Both the position numbers and the translations under genes were made by a program. DNA of 64,000 nt from Candidatus Omnitrophota bacterium. Lineage in GTDB: Bacteria > Omnitrophota > Gorgyraeia > DTHP01. This document shows, piece by piece, positions 48,597 through 59,600 of this stretch; position 1 is the first letter of the stretch, and the number at the start of each line of letters is the position of its first letter. Below the pieces are notes generated by a model, which saw only the letters and a program-made list of their open reading frames with translations, made no database searches and had not been told where the DNA came from. The DNA lies in contig JAMWCW010000005.1 of the NCBI GenBank assembly GCA_023819145.1, positions 22,566-86,565 of the forward strand, read 5' to 3'.

Positions 48597-49718
48597 ATGT
48601 TTGCTCTTGATACTGAAAAGAAGTTGAAAATACTGGGGCAAGAAGCACGTTTTGAATCTTGCGGATTACCAAGAAATTTTGGACATAGATGGCACGACAG
48701 GTTCATCTACCAGGCAGTAGGAGAAGGTGGTTTTTGTGTTAATCTTTTTAAAATTTTACAGACTAATAGCTGTAGAAATAATTGTTTCTACTGCGCTAAT
48801 AGAAGAGATAGAGACTTTGCAAGATTCTCCTTTACGCCTCAAGAGTTGGCAAAAATATTTATCGAATACTATCGCCAGAAAAAGATTCAAGGACTTTTTC
48901 TTTCATCTGCCTTAGAAAATGATGCAGATAATACTCAGGGGAAGATGCTTGAGACAATAAAGATTTTAAGGAAAACTTATGGTTATCAAGGATACATTCA
49001 TTTTAAAATTCTTCCCGGCGTAGACAAAAAACTCATTTTTGAAGCAGCAAAATTAAGTAATAGGATTTCGCTTAACCTCGAGGCGCCGGGTGATGTTTAT
49101 CTTAATAAAATTGCCAAAGAAAAAAATATGCATAAGATTCTTATCCCCACCTTAGAAAATATGGTAGAAGCAGTAAAGTTTTATCCTTTAAAATCAGGAA
49201 TCACTACCCAGTTAATTATCGGAAGCGGTAGTGAGACGGATAAAGAAATCATTTTCTTTGCTGATGAAATTTATAATAGGTATAAAATAAAGCGCATTTA
49301 CTACAGCGGTTTTGCCCCTGTAAAAGGTACTCCTTTGGAATACCATCCCCATTGTTCTGACCTCCGCGAATATCGTATTTATCAGGCAGATTTTCTTTTG
49401 AGGAAATATGGTTTTAAGAAGGAAGAACTTGTGTTTGATGAGCAGGGTAATCTTTTGCCAAATATAGACCCAAAATTTGCCTGGGCAGAAAAACATCCTG
49501 AAAGATTTCCCGTAGAGATAAATAGAGCAAGTTTTGAAGAACTTTTGCGTGTTCCGGGCATTGGGAGATGTTCGGCAGAGAAAATTATAAAATTCCGCAG
49601 GATTAAAAAGATTGCAAATTTAGAAGACCTTAAAAAATTGGTTCCTCTATTGAGACGCACTCAAAATTTTGTTACATTAAACGGGAAATTCCTTCCTTTA
49701 AAAGAAAAAAGAAGATGA
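48597..49718 (+). CDS. Putative DNA modification/repair radical SAM protein (TIGR03916-like) with C-terminal helix-hairpin-helix
   Basis: Radical SAM CxxxCxxC (CRNNCFYCANR), TIM-barrel-length core, C-terminal HhH (ELLRVPGIGRCSAEKIIKFR); 373 aa. Confidence 0.75.
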   Translation: MFALDTEKKLKILGQEARFESCGLPRNFGHRWHDRFIYQAVGEGGFCVNLFKILQTNSCRNNCFYCANRRDRDFARFSFTPQELAKIFIEYYRQKKIQGLFLSSALENDADNTQGKMLETIKILRKTYGYQGYIHFKILPGVDKKLIFEAAKLSNRISLNLEAPGDVYLNKIAKEKNMHKILIPTLENMVEAVKFYPLKSGITTQLIIGSGSETDKEIIFFADEIYNRYKIKRIYYSGFAPVKGTPLEYHPHCSDLREYRIYQADFLLRKYGFKKEELVFDEQGNLLPNIDPKFAWAEKHPERFPVEINRASFEELLRVPGIGRCSAEKIIKFRRIKKIANLEDLKKLVPLLRRTQNFVTLNGKFLPLKEKRR

Positions 49719-51874
49719 AGATTGAACAGCTGGTAAAATTTGGTATTTCCGAATATTTCATAGATAGATTTAAGGAAGAAAAGATTAATTATCTCTACCC
49801 TCCTCAGTCAGAGGCAATTGAACGCGGGTTACTTAGGCAAGAGAAAAATTTCTTACTTGCCTTTCCTACCGCTTCGGGTAAGACTTTAAATGCAACTCTT
49901 TTGGCAATAAAAACCCTTAACGAGAAAAGAGGCAAAGTTGTTTACATTGTTCCCTTAGTGGCTTTAGCAAATGAGAAATACATTTATTATAAGCATCTCT
50001 TTTCTAATTTTAAAGTTGCCTTATCGGTCGGTGACATAGATTCTCCGGAGTCTTGGTTGGCAAATTATGATTTTATAGTCGTTACTACAGAAAAATTTGA
50101 TTCTCTTATCAGGCACGGTGTTGAGTGGGTTTCTCAGGTGCAACTATTAATTGTAGATGAGATACACCTTATTAATGATTATTCACGCGGACCTACTCTG
50201 GAAATAGTGATTACTCAGTTAAGAAAGCTTTCTCCCCAGGCAAAGATTTTAGCTCTTTCTGCGACAGTGAGCAATGCAGAGGAGATGGGGATGTGGCTTA
50301 ATGCAGAATTGGTAAAAAGCGATTTTCGGCCAGTAAAGTTATACGAGGGAATAGTATTTGACCACCTTCTTCACTTTATGGACAAAGAGGGATGCATTCT
50401 TAATGATAGGCTCTCTGTGGAAGAGGCAATTACCGAGCAGACTTTAAAGATAAAAAAACAGATACTTTTCTTTGTCGCAAACCGTAGAAATGCTGAATCC
50501 CTTGCTGAACGCTTAGGTAAAATAACGCAGAAATTTCTTGCTCTAGAGGATAAAGAACGTCTTCGTCACTTAAGTAAGGAGATAATTTCTGTTTTAGAAA
50601 CACCCACCCATCAATGTCGGAGGTTGGCAAAATGTGTTGATGAAGGTACCTCTTTTCACCACGCCGGGCTCTTATCTCGACAGAGAAAAATTGTTGAGGA
50701 AGGATTTCGCCAGGGGTGGATTAAGGTAGTAGTGGCTACTCCTACGCTTGCATTAGGGGTAAATCTTCCTTGTTTTCGCGTAGTCGTCCGTGATGTAAAA
50801 CGGTATTATCCTGGGTTGGGTTCAGAATACATCCCCACTTTAGAATATAAGCAATTCATTGGGCGAGCAGGACGTCCTCAGTATGATGAATTTGGAGAAG
50901 CAATTCTTATAAGTCGTTCCGAAAGAGAAAAGGAGGAATTAATTCAGAGGTATATTTATGGAAAACCGGAAGAGATTAATTCTAAACTTGCACAGGAATC
51001 AGTTTTACGTATGCATATCCTTGCCCTCGTTGCTTCTGAATTTTGTGTTAATTTTGAGGATTTGGATGATTTTTTTAAGCTGACTTTTTTTGGCTTTCAA
51101 TATCGGGATATCGGTCTTATAAAGGAAAAGATTAGTTCGGTTATTGAAAACCTTAAAGATTGGGGATTTATTTTTGAAAAATCGGGGCATTATAAAGCAA
51201 CAAAGCTGGGTAAAAGGATAACTCAACTCTATTTAGACCCACTTACAGGGTACGATTTTATTAATTCTTTAACGAAACTTGTCCACAAAGAAGAAATTTC
51301 TGACTTGGCAATTCTTCTGATTATTTCTTTGGCCAAAGAGATTTCTCCACCCCTTCCATTACGCGAAGAAGATTTTTATAATCTGGGAGAATTTCTAATG
51401 AGGATGCAAGACGTTTTTTTAAACAAACCTCCTTCCATCTGGGAAGATAACTATGAAGAATTCCTTTCTGCTTTAAAGTTGTCCCTTGTTTTTGACGCCT
51501 GGATAAACGAGGATAATGAGGAGGAAATTTTGGATAAGTTTAAACTAACTCCTGGTGAATTTCATGCTAAACGTGAAGTTGGAGATTGGCTTATTTATTC
51601 TTTGGAAGAATTATCAAAAATATTAAAATTAAACATCCCCAATGTTAGAAAATTAAGAATTAGACTTCACTATGGTGTTCGTGAAGAGTTATTGGAACTG
51701 GTCAGTTTGCGAGACGTGGGTCGCAAACGGGCGCGCCGACTTTTTAACTCTGGTTTTAAAAATATCTTTATTCTGCGAAAGGTCGAAGAAAAAGATATCG
51801 CTCGTATTGTTGGTCCCCATATCGCGCGCGTGATTAAAAAACAGATTTTACTTTCTTCTGAAAAGAAAAAATGA
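49715..51874 (+). CDS. Hel308/Ski2-like superfamily 2 DNA helicase
   Basis: Q-motif (YPPQSEA), Walker A PTASGKTL, DEIH box, SAT motif (LSATVSN), motif VI (GRAGRP), C-terminal winged-helix/HhH-like region; the 4-nt ATGA overlap with the upstream radical SAM gene suggests translational coupling. Confidence 0.8.
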   Translation: MKIEQLVKFGISEYFIDRFKEEKINYLYPPQSEAIERGLLRQEKNFLLAFPTASGKTLNATLLAIKTLNEKRGKVVYIVPLVALANEKYIYYKHLFSNFKVALSVGDIDSPESWLANYDFIVVTTEKFDSLIRHGVEWVSQVQLLIVDEIHLINDYSRGPTLEIVITQLRKLSPQAKILALSATVSNAEEMGMWLNAELVKSDFRPVKLYEGIVFDHLLHFMDKEGCILNDRLSVEEAITEQTLKIKKQILFFVANRRNAESLAERLGKITQKFLALEDKERLRHLSKEIISVLETPTHQCRRLAKCVDEGTSFHHAGLLSRQRKIVEEGFRQGWIKVVVATPTLALGVNLPCFRVVVRDVKRYYPGLGSEYIPTLEYKQFIGRAGRPQYDEFGEAILISRSEREKEELIQRYIYGKPEEINSKLAQESVLRMHILALVASEFCVNFEDLDDFFKLTFFGFQYRDIGLIKEKISSVIENLKDWGFIFEKSGHYKATKLGKRITQLYLDPLTGYDFINSLTKLVHKEEISDLAILLIISLAKEISPPLPLREEDFYNLGEFLMRMQDVFLNKPPSIWEDNYEEFLSALKLSLVFDAWINEDNEEEILDKFKLTPGEFHAKREVGDWLIYSLEELSKILKLNIPNVRKLRIRLHYGVREELLELVSLRDVGRKRARRLFNSGFKNIFILRKVEEKDIARIVGPHIARVIKKQILLSSEKKK

Positions 51875-51913
51875 TATAATCACTTTGTTAGAATATTTAA
51901 AAAGGAGGTTGGC

Positions 51914-52513
51914 ATGAAAAAAGGAATTATTCTCTATATCCTGCTTGTTCTCGGGTTATTTGTCATTGTTTTATTAGGCATACATTATTCCGCACTCTTA
52001 AAAGAACGCGCAGCCCTACAAAAAGCAGTAATTAATTTTGAGAATAAAATAGTTGAGTATAAGAAAGCGATGGACTTAAAAGAGCAGGAATTTGAAGCAA
52101 AGGTTTCAGACATGGCTAATGAAAGAGAGAAGTTAATGCAACAGATTGATGAGATAAACGGGAAGTTAATACAAACTCAGAATTTACTTTCTCAGATAAA
52201 ACAGGAGGAAGAGAATTTAAAGGCTGAAAATTTATCATTGACGGAAAAGGCTAAGAATCTCGAAGTCCAGCTCTACAATTTAAACGAAGAAAAATTAGAA
52301 TTAGAGCGGAAGATTTCTTCTTTAAGTGAGTTGAGAAAAGCATTGAGAGAGGCGAAATTGAAGGAGATTCAAGAGAGAAGGATTGAGCTTAAACAACGGA
52401 ATGCCGAAGGACTTCTTCTGGGAAACCGTGGGTATCTCGTAAAGGATGGTAAGCCGACCATAAATCCCAAATATATTATTCATGTTTTCCCCCCTCAGAC
52501 AACCCAGGAATGA
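51914..52513 (+). CDS. Hypothetical membrane-anchored coiled-coil protein
   Basis: N-terminal TM then a long heptad-like K/E/L-rich region; 199 aa. Confidence 0.5.
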   Translation: MKKGIILYILLVLGLFVIVLLGIHYSALLKERAALQKAVINFENKIVEYKKAMDLKEQEFEAKVSDMANEREKLMQQIDEINGKLIQTQNLLSQIKQEEENLKAENLSLTEKAKNLEVQLYNLNEEKLELERKISSLSELRKALREAKLKEIQERRIELKQRNAEGLLLGNRGYLVKDGKPTINPKYIIHVFPPQTTQE

Positions 52514-53232
52514 GAGAAGCGAATATCTTGGTATCCTCGGAACTAATAAAGGATGATTTTTTTTATTACTTTAAAAGATGGAAATCCCACCCCGTAGGTG
52601 CTTTTTTCTCAAATCGATTGATAGATTTTTCTCAGGTAGAGCATCGCAGATACCTCTATCAGAGATTGGGCATAGAAAGAACCAGGTTAGTCTTGCCCGA
52701 ACAGGAACACGGTGGTAAAGTAGAATTTGTAAGTTTGGATAATAGGAATAAGAAGTTTTTTGCTGATGCTTTGATTACTCAGGAGAGAGAAATAGCCCTG
52801 GGGGTACTTACTGCGGATTGCCTTTCTATATTTCTATACGATACAGTTCGGAAGGCTATTGGGATAGTGCATGCAGGTTGGCGAAGCACTAAAGAAGAAG
52901 TCCTAAAAAATACTGTCACTAATATGCAGAGGCGTTTTTCTACAATGCCTTCTGATTTACTTGTAGCATTCGGTCCGAGTATAAGAGTATGTTGCTATAA
53001 AGTGAATAAAGATTTACAAAGCTATTTTCCTAAACATATTCAAGGTAGAAAAGAGGAGCTATTTTTAGACCTCAAGGAAGCAAATTTAGAACAGTTGCGT
53101 TCTTTAGGCGTAAGGGATGAGAATATTTTTGACTGCGGGATGTGCACTTTTTGTCAAAACCATGAATTCTTTTCTTATCGCAAAGAAGGTAAGGATGTAG
53201 GAAGGATTATTTCATTAATTATGTTAATGTAA
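52510..53232 (+). CDS. pgeF: Purine nucleoside phosphorylase/peptidoglycan editing factor YfiH/PgeF family (DUF152, Cu-oxidase_4)
   Basis: ...QEHG......LTADCL.I.LYD.....IG.VHAGWRS...................FGPSI..CCY.V, the YfiH His/Cys/His motif series. Confidence 0.8.
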   Translation: MREANILVSSELIKDDFFYYFKRWKSHPVGAFFSNRLIDFSQVEHRRYLYQRLGIERTRLVLPEQEHGGKVEFVSLDNRNKKFFADALITQEREIALGVLTADCLSIFLYDTVRKAIGIVHAGWRSTKEEVLKNTVTNMQRRFSTMPSDLLVAFGPSIRVCCYKVNKDLQSYFPKHIQGRKEELFLDLKEANLEQLRSLGVRDENIFDCGMCTFCQNHEFFSYRKEGKDVGRIISLIMLM

Positions 53233-53278
53233 AGATACAAAAGTAAAGGGTTAGAGTAGATAGTAGAAAATATCTAAG

Positions 53279-54673
53279 ATGAAGATAAAATTCTTGGGAG
53301 GAGTAAAGTCTGTAACCGGTTCCCATCACCTCATAGAGGTTAAAGGAAATAATTTCCTTTTAGATTGCGGACTTTTTCAGGGTAAGCGTCAAGAGGCACG
53401 GTTATTTAATGAAAATCCCAAAGTGGATTTATCCAAACTTGAGGCAGTCGTTCTCTCCCATGCGCATATCGACCATAGCGGTAATATCCCTACTTTATCG
53501 AGGTTGGGGTTTAAGAAACACATTTATTCTACCTTGGCTACCTACGACCTATCTAATGCGATGTTAAGAGATTCAGCCTATATTCAAGAGAAGGATACTG
53601 AGTTTTTGAATAAGAGATTGAAGAAAAAGAAAAAACCTTTACTCAGTCCACTATATACTATTGAGGATGCAGAGAGAGCTTTGGGGCTTTTTATGGGCAT
53701 TGGATATCATAAGGTATTTAGTCTGAGTCAGGAAGTAAAAGTAGAATTTTTTGATGCAGGGCATGTCTTAGGTTCTTCTCTCATCCTCTTGGAAATTACC
53801 GAGGATACAGTTCGTCCAAAACGGCTTGGATATATTTTAGATTTGGGAAGGCAAAATTTACCATTTTTGAAAGACCCAGAATTTATTCCCGACTTGGATT
53901 ATATAATTATTGAATCTACTTATGGCAATCGTTTGCACCCCGAATTTAGTGAGGTGAAAAAAGAACTGGCTGATTTGATAAATCGTACCTTTAAGAGAAA
54001 GGGGAAAATAATTATTCCTGCCTTTGCTTTGGAGAGGACTCAGGAGATTATCTGGTGTTTGAGTGATTTGTGGAATAAGGGAATGATTCCTGCCATCCCT
54101 GTTTATGTAGATAGCCCTTTAGCGATAAACATTACAGAGATTTTTCGCCTCCATCCCGATTGTTTCGACGCAAGGACTAAAAATATGCTTTTGATGGGGC
54201 GTGACCCATTTGGCTTTGAAAATGTTGTTTATACTCGTTCTAAAGAAGAATCGCAGGCGCTTAATGATTTAAAAAAACCCGCCATAATTATTTCTGCTTC
54301 GGGCATGTGTGAAAACGGAAGAATTCTGCATCATTTAAGACACAATATTGAAAACCCCAAAAACACCATATTGATTGTGGGATATATGGCCCAGGATACC
54401 CTTGGCAGGAAAATTGTAGAGAAGGAAAAAAAAGTGAAAATCTTCGGCGAGGAATATAGACTTAAAGCAGAGGTAGTGATAATGAATGCTTTTAGCGGTC
54501 ATGCGGATAGAAACGATTTACTCAAGTATGTAAGAAGAACTAAAGAATCGGTTAAGAAAGTTTTTGTAGTTCATGGCGATCCAGACCAGTCCGAGGCTTT
54601 GGCTGAAGGTATTAAGGAAGTAGGGGTAGATAATGTCTATGTACCCGAAGTTGGGGATGAGGCGGAGTTATAA
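53279..54673 (+). CDS. MBL-fold metallo-hydrolase of the beta-CASP (CPSF/RNase J-like) nuclease family
   Basis: HxHxDH (SHAHIDHSG), beta-CASP-length insertion, C-terminal His motifs (SGHAD); 464 aa. Confidence 0.8.
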   Translation: MKIKFLGGVKSVTGSHHLIEVKGNNFLLDCGLFQGKRQEARLFNENPKVDLSKLEAVVLSHAHIDHSGNIPTLSRLGFKKHIYSTLATYDLSNAMLRDSAYIQEKDTEFLNKRLKKKKKPLLSPLYTIEDAERALGLFMGIGYHKVFSLSQEVKVEFFDAGHVLGSSLILLEITEDTVRPKRLGYILDLGRQNLPFLKDPEFIPDLDYIIIESTYGNRLHPEFSEVKKELADLINRTFKRKGKIIIPAFALERTQEIIWCLSDLWNKGMIPAIPVYVDSPLAINITEIFRLHPDCFDARTKNMLLMGRDPFGFENVVYTRSKEESQALNDLKKPAIIISASGMCENGRILHHLRHNIENPKNTILIVGYMAQDTLGRKIVEKEKKVKIFGEEYRLKAEVVIMNAFSGHADRNDLLKYVRRTKESVKKVFVVHGDPDQSEALAEGIKEVGVDNVYVPEVGDEAEL

Positions 54674-54714
54674 GTTTAAATATTAAATTCTGATTTTTGA
54701 AATGCGGGTTTGCT

Positions 54715-55152
54715 ATGAAAGCGGTAATACAACGTGTAAAAGAATCCAAGGTAGTTGTAGATAATGAGACCGTTGCTGATATCAGGAAGGGTATTTTGAT
54801 TTTTTTGGCGGTGGGTAAAGGAGATACCGAAGAAAGCGCTATAAAATTGGCTAAAAAGATTTCCGAGTTGCGGATATTTGATGACAGCCAAGGTAAAATG
54901 AATTTATCTATAAAGGATGTCAAAGGTGAAATTTTGGTAGTGTCACAGTTTACGCTATATGCAGATTGTTGGGATGGACGCAGACCTTCTTTTGACCCTT
55001 GTGCGGAACCAACTGAGGCAAAAATGTTTTACGACTTATTTATTAGGGAATTGGCAAAAACTGGTTTAGGAGTAAAAGAAGGTAAATTTGCTGCAAGAAT
55101 GGAAGTAGAACTAATCAACGACGGTCCCGTTACTTTTATTTTGGAAACATAG
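54715..55152 (+). CDS. dtd: D-aminoacyl-tRNA deacylase
   Basis: MKAVIQRV....V..........GILIFL.V..GD, SQFTLYAD, GRRPSF and NDGPVT motifs; the ATG at 54715 is preferred over the track's TTG at 54697. Confidence 0.88.
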   Translation: MKAVIQRVKESKVVVDNETVADIRKGILIFLAVGKGDTEESAIKLAKKISELRIFDDSQGKMNLSIKDVKGEILVVSQFTLYADCWDGRRPSFDPCAEPTEAKMFYDLFIRELAKTGLGVKEGKFAARMEVELINDGPVTFILET

Positions 55153-55153
55153 A

Positions 55154-55924
55154 ATGAGAAAAGAAACGATTTTTGTACATGTTCCTTACAGGGTGCTTTT
55201 GCCAAATTTGGAGAAGATAGCAGATTTAGGAATAAATTGCGAGATTTATATTGATGGAGATTCCTTGGATTGTTATCATGATAAAGAAATAGAATTGATA
55301 AACGAAATTTTTGAAAAACATGGACTTAAAAAGAATATCCATGGTCCAATATACGACCTTAATCCTGGTTCTTTAGATTCAGAGATTCGCAGTATTTCTA
55401 AGAAACGGATTAAGCAGACGATATCTTTTTGTGAGCGATTAAATTCTTCAAATATTGTTTTTCACCATGGTTTTGGGCATCTTTATTATAGAAATCATAG
55501 AGAAAAATGGCTGGAAAATTCCTATGAAATTTGGAAACCTTTTGCAGAATATTTGTTAGAAAAGGATATTTATTTATTAATCGAGAATTCTTTAGATCCC
55601 GAACCAAGTATAATTTTAGAACTTATTGCAAAAATTAATTCTCCAAACTTTCTTGCCTGTTTTGATATTGGGCACTTCAATGCCTTTGGTAATAAATCCC
55701 CACTCGAAATATTCAAGGAATATCCAAAAGAAGTTATCGGGGAGATTCATCTTTCGGATAACTTAGGGGATTTTGATACCCATTTAGCTTTAGGAAAAGG
55801 CGACATTAACTTCAAGGAATTCTTCCAATTAATCAAGGAAAGAGGAATCTTACCTACCATTACCCTTGAGCCTCACAGTTTAGAAGATATTCCGCCAAGT
55901 TTAGAATACATACTAAACATTTAG
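55154..55924 (+). CDS. Sugar phosphate isomerase/epimerase (xylose isomerase-like TIM barrel)
   Basis: 256 aa; TIM-barrel AP-endonuclease-2/xylose-isomerase-like pattern with conserved E/H/D metal ligands (..HHG..., LIEN, DIGH, LSDN...H). Confidence 0.7.
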   Translation: MRKETIFVHVPYRVLLPNLEKIADLGINCEIYIDGDSLDCYHDKEIELINEIFEKHGLKKNIHGPIYDLNPGSLDSEIRSISKKRIKQTISFCERLNSSNIVFHHGFGHLYYRNHREKWLENSYEIWKPFAEYLLEKDIYLLIENSLDPEPSIILELIAKINSPNFLACFDIGHFNAFGNKSPLEIFKEYPKEVIGEIHLSDNLGDFDTHLALGKGDINFKEFFQLIKERGILPTITLEPHSLEDIPPSLEYILNI

Positions 55925-55961
55925 ACATTAAATGTAAAATTTTTTATTTCTGAATTTTAGA

Positions 55962-56630
55962 ATGATTCCCTTACATGATGAAAATCCTACAGAAAGGTTC
56001 TCTTTTGTAACCATTGTTTTGGTTATTGTTAATTCCATTGTTTTTCTCTATGAGCTTTCCTTAGGTAGTTCATTAGAGATAACTATCCGTCGTTATACCC
56101 TTATTCCATATAATTTTATAAACTATTTTGATTTTTCTCAATTACGTACGCTTTTTAGTTCACTTTTTTTGCATGGGAGTTTATTGCATCTTTTGGGAAA
56201 CATGCTTTACCTTTGGATTTTTGGCAACAATATTGAGGACGTTTTGGGGCACTTTAAATTTATCTTGTTCTATTTTCTCTGCGGAATTTCCGCTTCCCTT
56301 GCACACATTCTTACCAATCCCCATTCAACTATTCCTACTTTAGGTGCAAGTGGAGCGGTTTCCGGGGTATTAGGGGCATATTTTATTCTTTTCCCTCAAG
56401 CAAGGGTAGTTACCATAATTCCTATTTTCTACTTTATCAGAATAGTTAAAATTCCTGCTTTTTTCTTTCTTGGATTCTGGATTGCGGTTCAATTTTTATC
56501 AGGGATAATTAGTTCGGGAATGGACAGCGATTTAGGTGGAGGGGTTGCTTGGTTTGCTCATCTTGGTGGTTTTTTTGCAGGAGTGTTACTCTTACCTCTA
56601 TTCTACCAGCGAGGCAGGAGAAGATATTAG
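55962..56630 (+). CDS. Rhomboid-family intramembrane serine protease
   Basis: Six TMs, the GASGAVSG catalytic Ser motif and a downstream AHLGG His; 222 aa. Confidence 0.88.
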   Translation: MIPLHDENPTERFSFVTIVLVIVNSIVFLYELSLGSSLEITIRRYTLIPYNFINYFDFSQLRTLFSSLFLHGSLLHLLGNMLYLWIFGNNIEDVLGHFKFILFYFLCGISASLAHILTNPHSTIPTLGASGAVSGVLGAYFILFPQARVVTIIPIFYFIRIVKIPAFFFLGFWIAVQFLSGIISSGMDSDLGGGVAWFAHLGGFFAGVLLLPLFYQRGRRRY

Positions 56631-59600
56631 ATTTAAGGAGGATTTAATTATCTTTGTGTATATTTTTTGTCTGAGATTATAGCGTGTTGTGAGCAAATTT
56701 AAAAAGACATCCTTCTGATAAAGTGATAGTTTAGCATAAGGAATGTTCTGTATCTCGGATAGAGCCTTTCTCAAATAGAAATATTCTGGAGCAACCAAAT
56801 CAATAACTTCGCTTAGATTCCGTAAACTCATTATTTTTTTGTATAATTTTTTTAACTCACTATTTTCAAAAAACTGCAATAGTTTTCTTATTTCCCTTTC
56901 TTCCGCAATACTGATTTTGTATCTTTTGATTATTTTTTTGATTAATTTTTTTTGTTGATTAAAGGAAAGTTCTTCCCAAGGGGGGAAACCGAGTTTTTTG
57001 GGCCCCATAAGATTTATAAGCGCGGTTAAGGCTTTAATGAATTTTATCTCTTTATCCTGAGGAAGATAGATTCTGTATTTTTTGTTTTTATATAGCTTTA
57101 ACAAAATTCGCGCCCTACTAAGTTCATTGAGAGTTTCCCAGTTATACTCACGCAAATTTTCGGGCAGTATTTCCTTATGGGTAAGTTTTTCTAACAGATT
57201 TTTTGCAGGGAATTTTTCCCAATCCATTTCAGTAAGAAAAGATAAAAATATTCTTAACAATTCTCGAGGGCCCAACGTATGATTGATTTCCAAATTATAT
57301 TCCAAGATATTTTCGATAATTTGTTCTCTCTCTAAGGGTTTATTTTTATTAGACAGTTCTTTTTTCAATAACTTAATTCTATCCCGCATCCCTAAGAATT
57401 CAAGAGAAGAGAATGATGGGCTTTCTCCATAATTTCCTGATAGCCATGCAAGCATTGGTCCTATTATCCATGACCAGATAAATACTGGCCACCCATAGAA
57501 GATAAGCGAAGGGTCGGCTAACCCTGAAAAAACAGGAATTACAGCAAAAGTTAAGGAGAGAATGGGAGTAGCGATTAGACGTAAATATACTTCAAAAAGG
57601 GAAGTTTTTTTGCCAAGGATTTTTTCTACAAAAGGAGTGGTAAACCAAGGGATAGAGGTGTTAGGGTTGAAAATAATAAACCAGATTTTAGAGATGACAA
57701 TAAAAGGAATGTGCACTACATTCATAAGGAGGATAGAACTAGAATAGATTGTTTCTATAAATCCTCTTTTTAATATGTCTAAAACCGTTCTTTGAGAGGG
57801 GACAATTTCTAAAAGAAGGATGAGGGGAAATAAAAAACCCGCCAGGGATGGAAAAGATTGGAAGAGAAACAAAAAGACCCAGTTTGCGGAAGTAATATTC
57901 TCCATCCAGTTTAATAAAAAGGGTGCATAGAGCCAGGCAAAGAAGCCAATGGTCGATATAATCACTATGCTTACTAAGCGATTAATCAGACCTGGATATA
58001 GAGAAAAAATTGACTTCATAATATAAATAATTATACGGCGGAGAACATATAGACTAATAATAAAGGCACTAAATTTCCCCCAATTTCCGGGGAAAGCGTT
58101 ATTTCCTAATTTATATATGTAGAAAGAAATAAGCAATAATAATAGAAAAATCAGTAATTTCTCTTTTTTCTTCTCGAATAAAATTAGACGTTCAAGAAGG
58201 GGGACAACGGCTTTGGGTAAAAAAATTAGAATTATTAAAACAGACCAGAAGATATGCCAAGCAATAGCAGGAGATTTTATGGTGAGTATCCCGGGGATAA
58301 CCAGAGAAATCGTTCCTATAAGCATTAACCATATACAGTAATAAAGAGGGGAGAACGCTAAGCGTTTTATTAGCCAGATACGCAATATTTTTGCTAAATA
58401 GGAGGGGGCTTCGTTTTTTTCTTTAAGATATTTAATTCTTACATAAATATGGCCTAACCAAAATTTAAATTCAGAAAAGTTTATTTTTAGAAGGGAAAAA
58501 ACCATTCTGAAAAAATCAATAAAGACTCCGAAATAGGTTTCGTATTCTAATAGAAGAAGATCCCCACCTAACCATCCCTCAAGCCGTTTTAGAAAAGAGA
58601 TGTAGTTAGGGGGGATATTTTCGATAAGATTTTTACTTTTTAGGTAAGGATAAGAATACACAAGAGCAGTTTTAAGATGCATTGCTTCCCAGTGGTCGTG
58701 GGTTCTTGCTAATGGCGGTATAGCTTCTTTAAACAGTATATTTTTGACATAAGCATCGACCAATTTTGTCATCTTGCCATAAGCGGAAGATTCTCCATAT
58801 AAAGAGAAAATTGCTCTTGCGCTGAAACGATACATCTGTTGTGCCCAGGAATGGAAACGGGCAAATGTGGACTGGCCCTGATTGGCAAAACAGATTTCCG
58901 GTTGAAGCATCAAATAGGGGTCTTCTTCATGGAGATTATGTATGAGTTTGCTGTTAAGATAAGAGAGCGTTTGCGGTTGGAATTCGTCATCTGCATCAGT
59001 TTGGTTTATGATTTTTATGCCACAGTCTGCGGGGATAAAATTTCCATTTTCGTCTCTAAGTATTTGCGCATCTTTAAATCTTAAATGTATTCCGTAGGGC
59101 AACTTCTCTCCATTTTTTAAGACGATTTCTCCATCTTTATTGAAAATATAATCCTCCTTTTTCGCTAAGAGTTCCTCTTTAATTAAATTTCCATTTTTTA
59201 TTAAAACATCCTTTTCTTTGACAACTACATCATCCGTTGATTCTTTTTGCCAAAGATAGACATCTCCTACAGTATAAGAACCCGAGGGATAAATTAAATA
59301 ATCACCATCCAAAGGATTAATCACGAGAGCATTTAATTTTTCATCGAAGTAGACATAGTCTTTTAGAGAAAGGATCTTTCTTATCCTTATATTATTTTCC
59401 TTGTCTTTATACCAACCGCCTGCTTCCGCCAAAAGGGTGGTTTTTATCAGAGCATAGTTTGTATAATCAAGAGCAATTTCTTCTTTATGCAGTTCTTTTA
59501 TTTTATCCTTTTTTGCTATCAACAAAGGTTTCGCTATACCTTTCTCAAATACGTCGCCTATATACCAAATATTACCTTCGTTGTCTAAATAAAAACCGTC

